Counted from the first letter of the stretch, positions 25,701 to 38,866 are shown. The stretch: DNA of 64,000 nt from Eledone cirrhosa (GCA_964016885.1 OZ024746.1:82708001-82772000), one strand, 5' to 3'. A program made the numbers and translations. The notes: generated from the letters alone by a model not told the origin.

Positions 25701-27537
25701 TAATTTCTGCCGGACCGGCAACCGCTCTTTCAAACCAGTTCCTGTACACAGCTAAGTATTCTATAAGTCTCTAGCTGTGTCATTCTCGATAAAAGCACTG
25801 GATATGTAGTCCTGATGAATTCTAACAAGAATGAAACGCGTAGACTTACTTCCCTTGCTTTTATCGAGAATCTAATTGTAATACGTGACGTATTCTATTC
25901 TATAGCGATTAGGTCTTCAAAATGTTTATTGTAAACATACAGAATATTTTCGAATATTCTATGTCTATATTCACATATATATCGCTATTTCAGAGCATTT
26001 ATTCCAATTTCTAATTTCTGCCGGACCGGCAACCGCTCTTTCAAACCAGTTCCTGTACACAGCTAAGTATTCTATAAGTCTCTAGCTGTGTCATTCTCGA
26101 TAAAAGCACTGGATATGTAGTCCTGATGAATTCTAACAAGAATGAAACGCGTAGACTTACTTCCCTTGCTTTTATCGAGAATCTAATTGTAATACGTGAC
26201 GTATTCTATTCTATAGCGATTAGGTCTTCAAAATGTTTATTGTAAACATACAGAATATTTTCGAATATTCTATGTCTATATTCACATATATATCGCTATT
26301 TCAGAGCATTTATTCCAATTTCTAATTTCTGCCGGACCGGCAACCGCTCTTTCAAACCAGTTCCTGTACACAGCTAAGTATTCTATAAGTCTCTAGCTGT
26401 GTCATTCTCGATAAAAGCACTGGATATGTAGTCCTGATGAATTCTAACAAGAATGAAACGCGTAGACTTACTTCCCTTGCTTTTATCGAGAATCTAATTG
26501 TAATACGTGACGTATTCTATTCTATAGCGATTAGGTCTTCAAAATGTTTATTGTAAACATACAGAATATTTTCGAATATTCTATGTCTATATTCACATAT
26601 ATATCGCTATTTCAGAGCATTTATTCCAATTTCTAATTTCTGCCGGACCGGCAACCGCTCTTTCAAACCAGTTCCTGTACACAGCTAAGTATTCTATAAG
26701 TCTCTAGCTGTGTCATTCTCGATAAAAGCACTGGATATGTAGTCCTGATGAATTCTAACAAGAATGAAACGCGTAGACTTACTTCCCTTGCTTTTATCGA
26801 GAATCTAATTGTAATACGTGACGTATTCTATTCTATAGCGATTAGGTCTTCAAAATGTTTATTGTAAACATACAGAATATTTTCGAATATTCTATGTCTA
26901 TATTCACATATATATCGCTATTTCAGAGCATTTATTCCAATTTCTAATTTCTGCCGGACCGGCAACCGCTCTTTCAAACCAGTTCCTGTACACAGCTAAG
27001 TATTCTATAAGTCTCTAGCTGTGTCATTCTCGATAAAAGCACTGGATATGTAGTCCTGATGAATTCTAACAAGAATGAAACGCGTAGACTTACTTCCCTT
27101 GCTTTTATCGAGAATCTAATTGTAATACGTGACGTATTCTATTCTATAGCGATTAGGTCTTCAAAATGTTTATTGTAAACATACAGAATATTTTCGAATA
27201 TTCTATGTCTATATTCACATATATATCGCTATTTCAGAGCATTTATTCCAATTTCTAATTTCTGCCGGACCGGCAACCGCTCTTTCAAACCAGTTCCTGT
27301 ACACAGCTAAGTATTCTATAAGTCTCTAGCTGTGTCATTCTCGATAAAAGCACTGGATATGTAGTCCTGATGAATTCTAACAAGAATGAAACGCGTAGAC
27401 TTACTTCCCTTGCTTTTATCGAGAATCTAATTGTAATACGTGACGTATTCTATTCTATAGCGATTAGGTCTTCAAAATGTTTATTGTAAACATACAGAAT
27501 ATTTTCGAATATTCTATGTCTATATTCACATATATAT

Positions 27538-28020
<483 letters not shown>

Positions 28021-28615
28021 CTATATCTCTAAACTACAACACTATATCACACACTCACTACTATCTCTCACACTTAACACCACACCTACTACACTACACT
28101 ATCCACCTCACTCACTCACACTATAATACAATCTACACTCCCACCCCACACCCCGACCCCCCTTCTCCACTCCATGCCACTCCCCCTACATCTCTACTGC
28201 ATACCCGTATATCCACATACCATACCAACTACATCACTACAGCCTACCTAACTCCCTACATCAACCACCTACACTCTACAACCAAAATCCCTACTCTATA
28301 CTACCACACAAAGACTTAGATACATACACGCATACATACATGCATGCATACATGCATAAATAAATACATGCATGCGTACATACATATATACATACACACA
28401 AAGCGAGTGGAACAGTTAAATTTAAAGAAAGTATTAAAACGGCTCAAGTAAAAGAATGATTGATGTATATAGATGTATAAATAATCCGACTATGGATGCT
28501 ACTGAGTCTTGAAAGAACGGGGGCCTTTACGCGTTTTATTGGCTACTGCAATATATGATATTAACAATATATATATGATATTAACAAATGGAAACTATAT
28601 TTATAAAACCATATT

Positions 28616-28680
28616 TATTTCATTATACATATTTCAAAGACACCAAGTTAAATTATGGTGTGCTTTCATCAGATAAAATA
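28616..28680 (-). ncRNA. Minimal type I hammerhead motif, second family, copy A
   Basis: Minus: tattttat-CTGATGA-aagcacacca...tggtgtcttt-GAAA-tatgt-ATA-atgaaata. Confidence 0.75.
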
Positions 28681-28791
28681 TAATATAGAGCAGTTTTATA
28701 AATAAATATTGACATACCCTTAAAGAATGCAACCATTACTGTTGGAAGCTCCCATTTGTTAATATCATATTTTTTACTCCAATTATTTGTT

Positions 28792-28856
28792 GAATGCTTT
28801 ATATCAGTTATAAAAAATATTTGCTTGTTGTATCCCAACAATTTAAATAGAACTTT

Positions 28857-28914
<58 letters not shown>

Positions 28915-28980
28915 GAGGTTATATTTAATTTGTTGGGATTCAACAAGCTTAAAATTTTTTATAACTGATATAAAGCACTC
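28792..28980. repeat. Imperfect palindrome centred on (TA)n
   Basis: Arms ~28792-28860 and ~28911-28980, e.g. atatcagttataaaaaa / ttttttataactgatat and atcccaacaa / ttgttgggat. Confidence 0.85.
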
Positions 28981-29038
28981 CAAAGGTGTAAATACACAAT
29001 ATATTAATAAATGGAAACTATATTTATAAAACCATATT

Positions 29039-29104
29039 TATTTTATTATATATATTTCAAGGGCAACCAAGGCAAATTATGGTGCGCTTTCATCAGATAA
29101 AATA
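29039..29104 (-). ncRNA. Minimal type I hammerhead motif, second family, copy B
   Basis: Minus: tattttat-CTGATGA-aagcgcacca...tggttgccctt-GAAA-tatat-ATA-ataaaata; perfect 8-bp stem I. Confidence 0.8.
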
Positions 29105-29222
29105 CAGATTTGTTTTATAAATAAATATTGACCCAACCGTTAAGGTTGTCTTTTTTTCCGGGTATATGTTAAGGTTGTCTTTTTTTCCGGGTATATCAAT
29201 ATTTAGTTATAAAACAAATCTG

Positions 29223-29288
29223 TATTTTATCTGATGAAAGCGCACCATAATTTGCCTTGGTTGCCCTTGAAATATATATATTAAAATA
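29223..29288 (+). ncRNA. Minimal type I hammerhead motif, second family, copy C (inverted partner of B)
   Basis: CTGATGA 29231-29237, GAAA 29269-29272; one stem I substitution relative to copy B. Confidence 0.75.
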
Positions 29289-29319
29289 AATATGGTTTTA
29301 TAAATATAGTTTCCATTTA

Positions 29320-29381
<62 letters not shown>

Positions 29382-29531
29382 GCTAGTTTGAAGAATTATT
29401 AGATAAAATATACAGTCTTTCCTCTCCCTAGTCCGTAGAAATATCTCTCTCTCTCTATATATATATATATGTTTATCGGGGGTAACCACAGTAAGTAAGG
29501 TGCTCAATACATAGCAGAGTGTATATATTTA

Positions 29532-29805
29532 ATATAGAAATGCCTTCTACAGGACTAAAACTGTTTCATTCGTGCCCCTTAGTTTGCCTATAGGTACTTA
29601 GCTTGAATTTTTTTCTGCCTTTGTTTCTCTAAATATAGTTTATAAAGAATCCCTTTCTTTAAATCCATCAATCGATGACCTCCACCCATCCCGATCACCA
29701 CCCTCTCCTACCACCAGAAAATGTATAAATACCACCATATTACTTGGATAGTCGGCTTACTGATGATTTCTCTCGAATGAAACAGTTCAAGTCATGTAGA
29801 AGCCA

Positions 29806-29806
<1 letters not shown>
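29532..29806. mobile_element. Foldback element with decayed hammerhead motif at 29755-29793
   Basis: Inverted arms ttctacaggactaaaactgtttcattcg / cgaatgaaacagttcaagtcatgtagaa; ggctta-CTGATGA-tttc-tctc-gaat-GAAA-ca-GTT-caagtc. Confidence 0.55.
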
Positions 29807-29904
<98 letters not shown>

Positions 29905-32083
29905 GCACATATATATCTCTCTCTATATAAAATTATTTGTCTCTCTCTCCCTCTCTCTTTTCCTTATGCATTCTCAAACGGCTTGACCAAATCAAATTTT
30001 ACAAGGTATTAGACCCCAGGATTAACATGTAATTTTTATTTTCATTTGGATTAAAACAATATAACATTTTATCTAAAATATTCTACTATAGACTATAAGT
30101 AAACGACATTTTATAACACGATGACGATGACGTTACATTTTGCATATGAGTGTATATGTGTCATATATATAGGAATATACACACACACTCACAAATACGT
30201 ACACACACACACATGCACATACACACACAGAGACATTTACACCTCTCTTAAATGTATATGGTACTATGTATACACATGTAAATGTGTGAATGTGTGTAAT
30301 CTTTAAAGCTATATTTAGTGGAACGGGAAGGGACAATGCCGACGACATTTGGAGGTCTTCCCTTTCTTACACTGCCAGTTAAAATATTTGAAGCGAGATA
30401 CCTGTAAGAAATTAATAGATTGTGAGACAGGTACAATGTCTAACAATTTAGCGGGGGAAGGATTGGGTAAAACATTATTTAGTGAGTAGTTGAGAAGTTT
30501 GAAACCATAAGAGTGTAGAGATGAGTAGTGTCTGAGATAATCCAGAACAAACGTGATACGAAGCTTGTTAGTTTAATGCGTGATTCTATTTCCTATTATG
30601 AGAAACGCTTTGTTATCTGGTGACTAATTGTCTCCTAATTTAAACTACTAATATTATCCTAATTAATAATTTGTATGATAATTTGTAGCAATAATTTCCA
30701 TTAAAATATCAAACAAAAACGTTTTATCTCGCATTCATGCTTTACATGTGACAAAACTCTACCTCGTTCCTTTTGTTATTTTCTCTTGTTTTTTTCATGG
30801 CTACAGATGGTGAAGCTTCTGTTAACTGATTTTATAATCACTGTTTTCTTCCTAAGAGCAGCGAGTTAGTAGCAAACTATGAAATCTTTTTTTTATTGCT
30901 TTGTCACAGGAGAAAGAACAGCGCCCATGAATCCCCCACCATCTTTTTTTTTGCAGGATATCCGAGACTGATGGTGGGAGGAGGAGGGACGAAGAAAGTA
31001 CAACTCAAGTTATTCTCAGAGACAACACCTAGTTCGTATGTTCATAACAGGGTGGACTCTGTTAAAAGCACGCAAAGACCAGGAGGTGTTGTTAAATCGG
31101 ACGTCGGATTACACGACCACCCAAGACGAGGAAGAGTTCACTCAACGAGCTTCCGTCCACACAGTTGGAGGTACTGCACTAATTTAAACCAGGTACTGCA
31201 CTAATTTAAACTGTCGAAGTCTATCGGTATTGTGACCCTCTTTTAGGTGGAACATTTAATCCATAGTTCGATTCAACACTACTACTAGACCTTGGATGCT
31301 ATTAGCCTATTGGCTTCTGAAAAACAAAATTACTTTTGTTAATAGCTCAGACATGCCCTCCATCGCTGTTGTTGGAGAAGGATTCTAATCACGTGCTACT
31401 CATGCTTATCGAGGGTGAGGCGCGATGATGTTTTCTAGAAATTTGCACAAATAAGATGCATAGGGCTTTGATACCTGTTCGCAGAACACATCGATCTTGT
31501 GCCACCTGAAGTTATCCCAACATTCTTCACTCACTTTCAGTCGTATAATTATCCATATTTCCCTCGGTCTTTCCCTGTCTTATCTGCTAGCTACTGTTCA
31601 ACTGGATGCATCCCTAACAAGGCTGCCATCTCGAGTATCGATGTGCCCCAATAATCTCCAACATAACAATCTTATAAAATTGCCTGGGAAGTTCTACCGC
31701 AATTGAAGTAATATTAATCATTACCAGTATTAAGTTTTCCTCATTTCAAAATTACTTGTAGTTAACTTTTTAATAAGTGCGTTAACATGTTAACTCAATC
31801 TTAACTGTTGTTTTCTTATGCGTATGGCGGATCAGAGTAATATTTCTCTGGATAAAATATTTATTACAAAAAAAATCAACAAATAAACAACAACAAAAAA
31901 GCAAACAAAAACAATAAAAACAAAACAAAAAAAAAGCAAACATCTCGTTTTTTTAACTGTCATTTGATTCTGTTTACATCGCTAATATTTTTGAGGAAAG
32001 CATGAACACAACCTCCTCCCTTATTCTATTACAAATCTGAAACATTTCTTATTAAGTGTTTATTTCTATAAACGGTTTTTCAG

Positions 32084-32178
32084 TTGTTTCTACTTTTGTT
32101 TCTACTTTTTCAGTTGTTTCTACTTTTGGCACAAGGCCAGCAATTACCCCAGTGCATTACTGGTACTTTATTTTATCG
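32084..32178 (-). mobile_element. Major SINE tail fragment with triplicated ttgtttctactttt
   Basis: Direct match. Confidence 0.8.
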
Positions 32179-32316
32179 GCTGAATCTAATTTACTTGCAA
32201 TTTCAACAATGTCGCGGGGATGAACTTATTCCGATTGCTCGACATGCTAGAAATAAGAGTCAAATGTTTCTCATATAGTACTTTATCATTTTTAAAAGAT
32301 AGAAAACATGTTTTAA

Positions 32317-32506
32317 ATAATTGTTTCTATTTTAGGCATAAGGCCAGCAATTACCCCAGTGCATTACTGGTACTTTATTTTATCGACCTCGTAAGGACGA
32401 AAGGCAAAGTGAACCTTGGCGGGATTTGAACTCAGAACGTAAAGGGCCATAACTCTGTGCTGCAAAACATGGTGTCTGAGGATCTACCGATACTGCCAAT
32501 CCACCG
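32317..32506 (-). mobile_element. Major SINE, short variant, full length
   Basis: Direct match to family. Confidence 0.9.
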
Positions 32507-32629
32507 ATATATATGCTATTCGGACGACTGCTCTAGTCTAAACGTGCTCTCATACTATATTTTCTCATACTACTCTTCTCTGTAGATTTGTGTAACGTCT
32601 GTTTGGGGGCTTCTGAAATCATGAAATAC

Positions 32630-32910
32630 ATCACCTCGCCTGATCATCTTCGTCGTCACCATCATCGTTGCCTTCGTCCTCACCACCACCACCACCACCA
32701 CCACCACCATCGTCGTCATCATTATCATCACCACCACCACCATCATCATCACCACCACCACCGTCATCATCATCATCATCATCATCATCCTCATCATCAT
32801 CACCACCACCACCACCACCACCACCACCATCGTCGTCATCATCACCATCACCACCACCACCATCATCCTCATCACCACCACCACCACCACCACCACCACC
32901 ATCATCATCA
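32630..32910. repeat. (CAC/CAT)n repeat
   Basis: Direct reading; source of poly-His/Pro/Ser ORFs. Confidence 0.9.
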
Positions 32911-33207
32911 AACTTATATAGCTGTCATTTATGCTTGCTTCACCCCTCTATCTTTATATTTTATTTGTCCCCCACCCTCTATAGGTGCGAAGTGTTTCAC
33001 GTCCATCTGTCAGCCATGTGACATGACACGTGACCTGTTCACGCCCAAAATGACACGGAAGTTAATGAAGTAAACAGCTTTTTTTGTTTATTTGTTTATA
33101 TTATTTATTTATTTATTTATCCAGCCATTCTCTCCACAAATAAACAACTAAACACAAGACGGCCATTTCTTTTTTACTTCTGCTACCGTCCGTTGCCCCT
33201 CACATAT

Positions 33208-33290
<83 letters not shown>

Positions 33291-33473
33291 GAATACGCAC
33301 TCTCATATATTGTCTATTTATTCAGGTATTTATCTATATTTATATCAAACAATAAATCCATCAATTTATCTGTCCATTTATCTACCTACTTACCTGACTA
33401 TCTCCCCACCCCTGTCTCTCTCTCTCTATATATATATATATAATATGTGTGTGTGTGAGCCTGTCTGTTTACC

Positions 33474-33544
<71 letters not shown>

Positions 33545-33644
33545 ATATATATATATATATATATATAACGAAGGAAAAGTGGTAAGGAACCAGGTGGACC
33601 ATAACGCACCAAAGTACTCAATACTTAGGGTAGTAGAGTGGGTA

Positions 33645-33774
33645 ATAGGAACAAGTAAGACCCCGACGGCTGAGCTCAAGCCGTTTCGACGGCTAATTCT
33701 GGACTAGCCGTCGAATTCAGAATAAGCCGTCGAAACGGCTTGAGCTCAGCCGCCGGGGTCTTACTTGTTCCTAT
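33645..33774. repeat. GC-rich inverted repeat (57-bp arms) between (TA)n tracts
   Basis: Arms 33645-33701 and 33718-33774 with two visible mismatches. Confidence 0.9.
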
Positions 33775-34051
33775 ATATATATATATATATATATCTTTCA
33801 TATCTGTCTATATTTTCTTTCAACTCTTAATCAACAATCCACCACCCCAACTAACAGGTACAGTCCTTCTATCTTTCTAGCTACTGCAGACATATATCTT
33901 ACATTTCAACCAACTTCTTTCCATATGATCATATTTCAATGTTAACGGACCAAATATCGTTTTGATTAGAAAAAGATACATGTAGCGAAGTAAGAAAATT
34001 ACCAATGGTAAATTCATGACTGTTTTGAAAGCCAAAGATGAAGCTCTACAG

Positions 34052-34478
34052 CAATGGTTCTTAACCTGGGTGCCGACACCCACAATGGTTGCGAGATTCG
34101 GTTCTTGGGGGTGCAGAGAAGAATCAAGAACAGAAGTCACATTAAAGATGAAAATATTTTGATTAAAATATTTTCTGTTATTTTCCCAAAAAATTGTCTT
34201 TATTAATCATAATTGTTTCTACTTTTGGCACAAGGCCAGCAATAACCCAGTGCATTACTGGTACTTTATTTTATCGACCCCGTAATGCACAGTGAACCTC
34301 GGCGGGATTTGAACTCAGACCCTAAAGGGACGTAATTATGCTGGAAAGCATGGCGTCCGACCAGCTAAGTAGCTGATAATTTGACCTGAAAATTGAAGTT
34401 CTTTTGTTTATGTGCTAGGTCTAGGGGTGCAGGATGGAATTTCAAAATGTTAAGGGGTAGTCAAAAAGATAAACATTA
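34052..34478. mobile_element. Possible decayed hAT MITE hosting a SINE
   Basis: Left end caatggttcttaacctggg and internal ggggtgcag motifs; right TIR not clear. Confidence 0.35.
34210..34362 (-). mobile_element. Major SINE with internal deletion and truncated head
   Basis: Lacks ggatgaaaggcaa. Confidence 0.85.
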
Positions 34479-34557
34479 AATCATATGCTACCATCTTAGA
34501 AATAAAATACACGTGGCCCCATCCGAGACCTCTTCGATAAGACGCAATCTGCGTGTA

Positions 34558-34925
34558 AACAACAATAACAAGTCACTACAACAACAACAACAACAACAAC
34601 AATACCTTAAAGAAGAATTTTATCTTTTGCAAGCGCAACGAGTCAATGGAGGTCTTATTGGCGCGTGGGAAAGGTAGACAATAACAAAACAACAGCATAA
34701 CAACAACCACAAGAATAACAACAATATCAACAACATAACAACAACCACAATAAAAACAACATCAACAGCATAACAACAACCACAAAAATAACAACATCAA
34801 TAGCATAACAACAACCATAAGAATAACAACAACAACAGCATAAGAACAACCACAAGAATAATAACCGCAGCAACAGCAAGAGCTGAACAATATCAGCTGC
34901 AACAAGAACAAAAACAACAGAAAAA
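34558..34925. repeat. (CAA)n-derived degenerate repeat
   Basis: Direct reading. Confidence 0.85.
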
Positions 34926-35081
34926 ACTCAACCTACCAACTCTAAATGTTGCTAAAAGTTGATAAAAATCAAAGAAAAAAAAATGGAGTTACATTACAAA
35001 TAAATAGATAAATAAACAACAAAGAAAATGTTCGCTCTACATGGCTGAATACATTAAAAGTAATCTGAGTTTTTCGAATAT

Positions 35082-35269
35082 TAATAATTGTTTCTACTTT
35101 AGGCACAAGGCCAGCAAATACCCAGTTCATTACTGGTACTTTATTTTATCGACCCCGTAAGGATGAAAGGCAAAGTCAACCTCGGCGGGATTTGAACTCA
35201 GATCGTAAAGGGACGTAACTATGCTGGAAAGCATGGCGTCCGACCCTCTACCGATACTGCCAATCCACC
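35082..35269 (-). mobile_element. Major SINE, short variant, full length
   Basis: Direct match to family. Confidence 0.92.
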
Positions 35270-35271
35270 AA

Positions 35272-35397
35272 ATTCGATTCGTTTGCAATTATGCAAACAA
35301 GCCTCAGAGGCCAACAAAAGAGCAAGAATGAAGGGTTCATTCTACTGACATGGCTATAAAATTGAGGCTTGTTTGCATAATTGCAAACGAATCGAAT
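35272..35397. repeat. Perfect 35-bp inverted repeat (MITE-like)
   Basis: attcgattcgtttgcaattatgcaaacaagcctca (35272-35306) and its reverse complement (35363-35397). Confidence 0.9.
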
Positions 35398-36143
35398 GTT
35401 ATTATTAAATAAATTAATATTAGTTAATATTAAATAAGTTAATATTAGATAAATAAATAAGTAAAAATAAATTGCTAATATTACTTTATAATTACTGGCC
35501 ATTTAGCACAGAATTAATGATAATGGGTAACTGGAAATATGTATCGTTATGTCCATTAAAATTATCTGACTCTTGTTGGTAATCGTTGCTTAAGAAGAGA
35601 TTTTGATTTGCTGAATCAGAAAACGCTTTGTCCAATCTTTGCAAGAATTATATTCTGCTTATCATTTTTTCTTCTTTTGTTGAGCGCTGTTGAGTAAAAC
35701 AAAACTTTTCGAACCAGCGAAAACGCCTTTACGTGGTTACTTGATTTTCTAGAAATAGAAACCAAATCGCCCTTAGGTCGCCTTGGATATGTTTCCAACA
35801 CCACCACCACCATCATCATAAATTTTCTCCGTCACCCTAGTAATTCTGTCAACCCCCGCTCTACCAACAATCTTCTCCGTTGCTCTAGTAATTCTGCTAT
35901 TCTCCACCACCAATTATTTAGTGGTGGGGAATAAGGGAGATGAGCAGGCCATGTGGTATTAGGAATTACCACGTGTTTTGGTGTAGGTGATTATTAGAGA
36001 TGCTGGCTTAGTAAATTTCTTAGCGTGGACCAGAGCAAGTTGTATGAAGAACTTGGTTTGTCAATTGTTAGTTGAAACTGAAGGGAACGCAGATTGTAGG
36101 GCTGGTTTAGGGTGATGAATAATTTGGCGCCACGTTTCGTTCA

Positions 36144-36288
<145 letters not shown>

Positions 36289-37135
36289 TATGAGCAAAAG
36301 GAGGAAGTGAAATATCTACGGAACAGGGAGAAAGACACGTAATGCAAGAAACGCAGGAAGACACGGCATAAAAATGACAAATATTTGTCTATGATGGAGT
36401 AATTAATTGAATATGGCGGTGGAGGGTTCGATGGGAGGAGGGGGGTAAATACTAATCTTTGCACGCAGTTTTGTTATTAAGAGTCGCGAGATGAATCTTG
36501 GTGAGCTTTCCTTAGTTTCGTACAATCATGGCTGCCGACTTCCTTGAACAACCGGCGCATTATTAGACGGATCAACCTCTAACCTTTTACTTAATCGCTG
36601 CTGACAGCTTCTTTCACGCATCTCCGGACATGGGAGCGACACACACACACACACACACACACATAAATACACACACGCAGACATGCACACACACATATGC
36701 ACATACACAGGCACACACACTTATTCACACACACAAATACATTCACACTAACACACATGCATACACACAAAAAAAACCCACTCTCCTTGTCGATCGCTCT
36801 CTCTCTGTCTTTCCACGTCTCTGTCTGTCTTTCCACGTCTCTGTCTTTCTCTTGACTTGGATGACATAGTATTCATGATCATGTAACAGATCTAAATGGG
36901 AAGGTGTATGCACATCCCTTGCACGTGATGCGATGCTTTCCCGTGTGTGTGTCTGACTGTCTGCTTTGCTATGACTGAGATATGACAGATTTGGTGTTTA
37001 CGCTAAAACCACTATACGTACACTTCTCTTCTAGCATCCACCATCTTCCTCCCCATTGTTTGAAATATCTCTCACTTTCATATTCTCTTTCTATTTTCCC
37101 TCTCTCTTTATCTCTTTATTTGTCAGAAGTTCCAC

Positions 37136-37204
<69 letters not shown>

Positions 37205-37205
<1 letters not shown>

Positions 37206-37297
37206 GTTTTTATATTTTTTACACGACTGTATGTAAAATCTCCGGCATGTCTTAGTATTGTCCCCTTTTCTTGTGCGCCCTTGTGGCTAATAAAGAA

Positions 37298-37361
<64 letters not shown>

Positions 37362-37453
37362 GTTTTTATATTTTTTACACGACTGTATGTAAAATCTCCG
37401 GCATGTCTTAGTATTGTCCCCTTTTCTTGTGCGCCCTTGTGGCTAATAAAGAA

Positions 37454-37454
<1 letters not shown>
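37205..37454 (+). mobile_element. Two identical 94-bp retroelement-like 3' ends embedded in (TATC)n
   Basis: Period 156; each ends ...gcgcccttgtggctaataaagaaa. Confidence 0.65.
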
Positions 37455-37495
<41 letters not shown>

Positions 37496-37635
37496 AGATA
37501 GATGCATGATAATACAGACACATATATGAACATACATAGACACTCACACACACACACACACATATATGTGTGTGTGTGTGTGTGTATGCATGTATAAAAG
37601 TATATATGTACATACATACACAAACGCGCACATAG

Positions 37636-37673
<38 letters not shown>

Positions 37674-37694
37674 ATGTATATATACTCATGCACA

Positions 37695-38492
37695 CATATA
37701 TGTGTGTGTATGTATATATGGTGTATATGTGTATATGTGTATGTATATATGGTGTATATGTGTGTGTATGTATATATGGTGTATATGTGTGTATGTATAT
37801 ATGGTGTATATGTGTGTGTATGTATATATGGTGTATATGTGTGTATGTATATATGGTGTATATGTGTGTATGTATATATGGTGTATATGTATGTGTATGT
37901 ATATATGGTGTATATGTGTGTATGTATATATGGTGTATATGTGTGTATGTATATATGGTGTATATGTGTGTGTATGTATATATGGTGTATATGTGTGTGT
38001 ATGTATATATATGGTGTATATGTGTGTATGTATATATGGTGTATATGTGTGTATGTATATATGGTGTATATGTGTGTGTATGTATATATGGTGTATATGT
38101 ATGTGTATGTATATATGGTGTATATGTGTGTATGTATATATGGTGTATATGTGTGTATGTATATATGGTGTATATGTGTGTGTATGTATATATGGTGTAT
38201 ATGTGTGTGTATGTATATATATGGTGTATATGTGTGTATGTATATATGGTGTATATGTATGTATGTATATATGGTGTATATGTGTGTATGTATATATGGT
38301 GTATATGTGTGTGTATGTATATATATGGTGTATATGTGTATGTATATATGGTGTATATGTGTGTGTATGTATATATATGGTGTATATGTGTATGTATATA
38401 TGGTGTATATGTGTGTGTATATATATATGGTGTATATGTGTGTGTATGTATATATGGTGTATATGTGTGTGTATGTATATATGGTGTATATG
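37695..38492. repeat. 20-26-bp minisatellite (tatatggtgtatatgtgtgtatg)
   Basis: Direct reading; explains six overlapping ORFs. Confidence 0.92.
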
Positions 38493-38764
38493 CAAGCATG
38501 TATATCTGTAATCACGTATATATTTGTGTATGTGCCTATCAGTCTGTTTCATTTACTGGAGTCACACAATCATCCAGAGAAAGTTTATATTTGTTTTACT
38601 AAACCATTCCCATAAAGAACCATTTACACCCTCCCACCTCCACTATTCTTCTCTCATTGCTATCTCCTCCCCTTCCTCTTCACTTCCTCTTCTTCTTGTT
38701 TTCTTCACTTTCTTCTTCTTCGTCTGTTTTGATCGTTGCTCAGTTCATCATCTTTAAAGTCTGC

Positions 38765-38831
38765 CAACCACCAGCAACACCAGCAGCATCAGCAGCATCA
38801 GCAGCATCAGCAGCATCAACAGCAGCATCAA

Positions 38832-38866
<35 letters not shown>

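Larger units (their letters stand above)
21204..27537. mobile_element. 311-bp hammerhead-ribozyme tandem array (retrozyme/Penelope-like), 4 units plus 16.3 inverted units
   Basis: Period 311 (aatcgctat at 21301, 21612, 21923; aattgtaat at 22453, 22764 ... 27429); inversion near 22450; both ends abut (TA)n. Confidence 0.9.

Noticed and set aside
30330-31700. LINE ORF2 remnants
   Set aside because: Only vague resemblance to LINE 3' regions; no motif strong enough to support a call
36480-36640. Gene start with Kozak-like gcagccATG on the minus strand
   Set aside because: Stop codon after five codons and no splice donor
37492-38615. Six overlapping long ORFs
   Set aside because: Dinucleotide-derived minisatellite that lacks stops by composition
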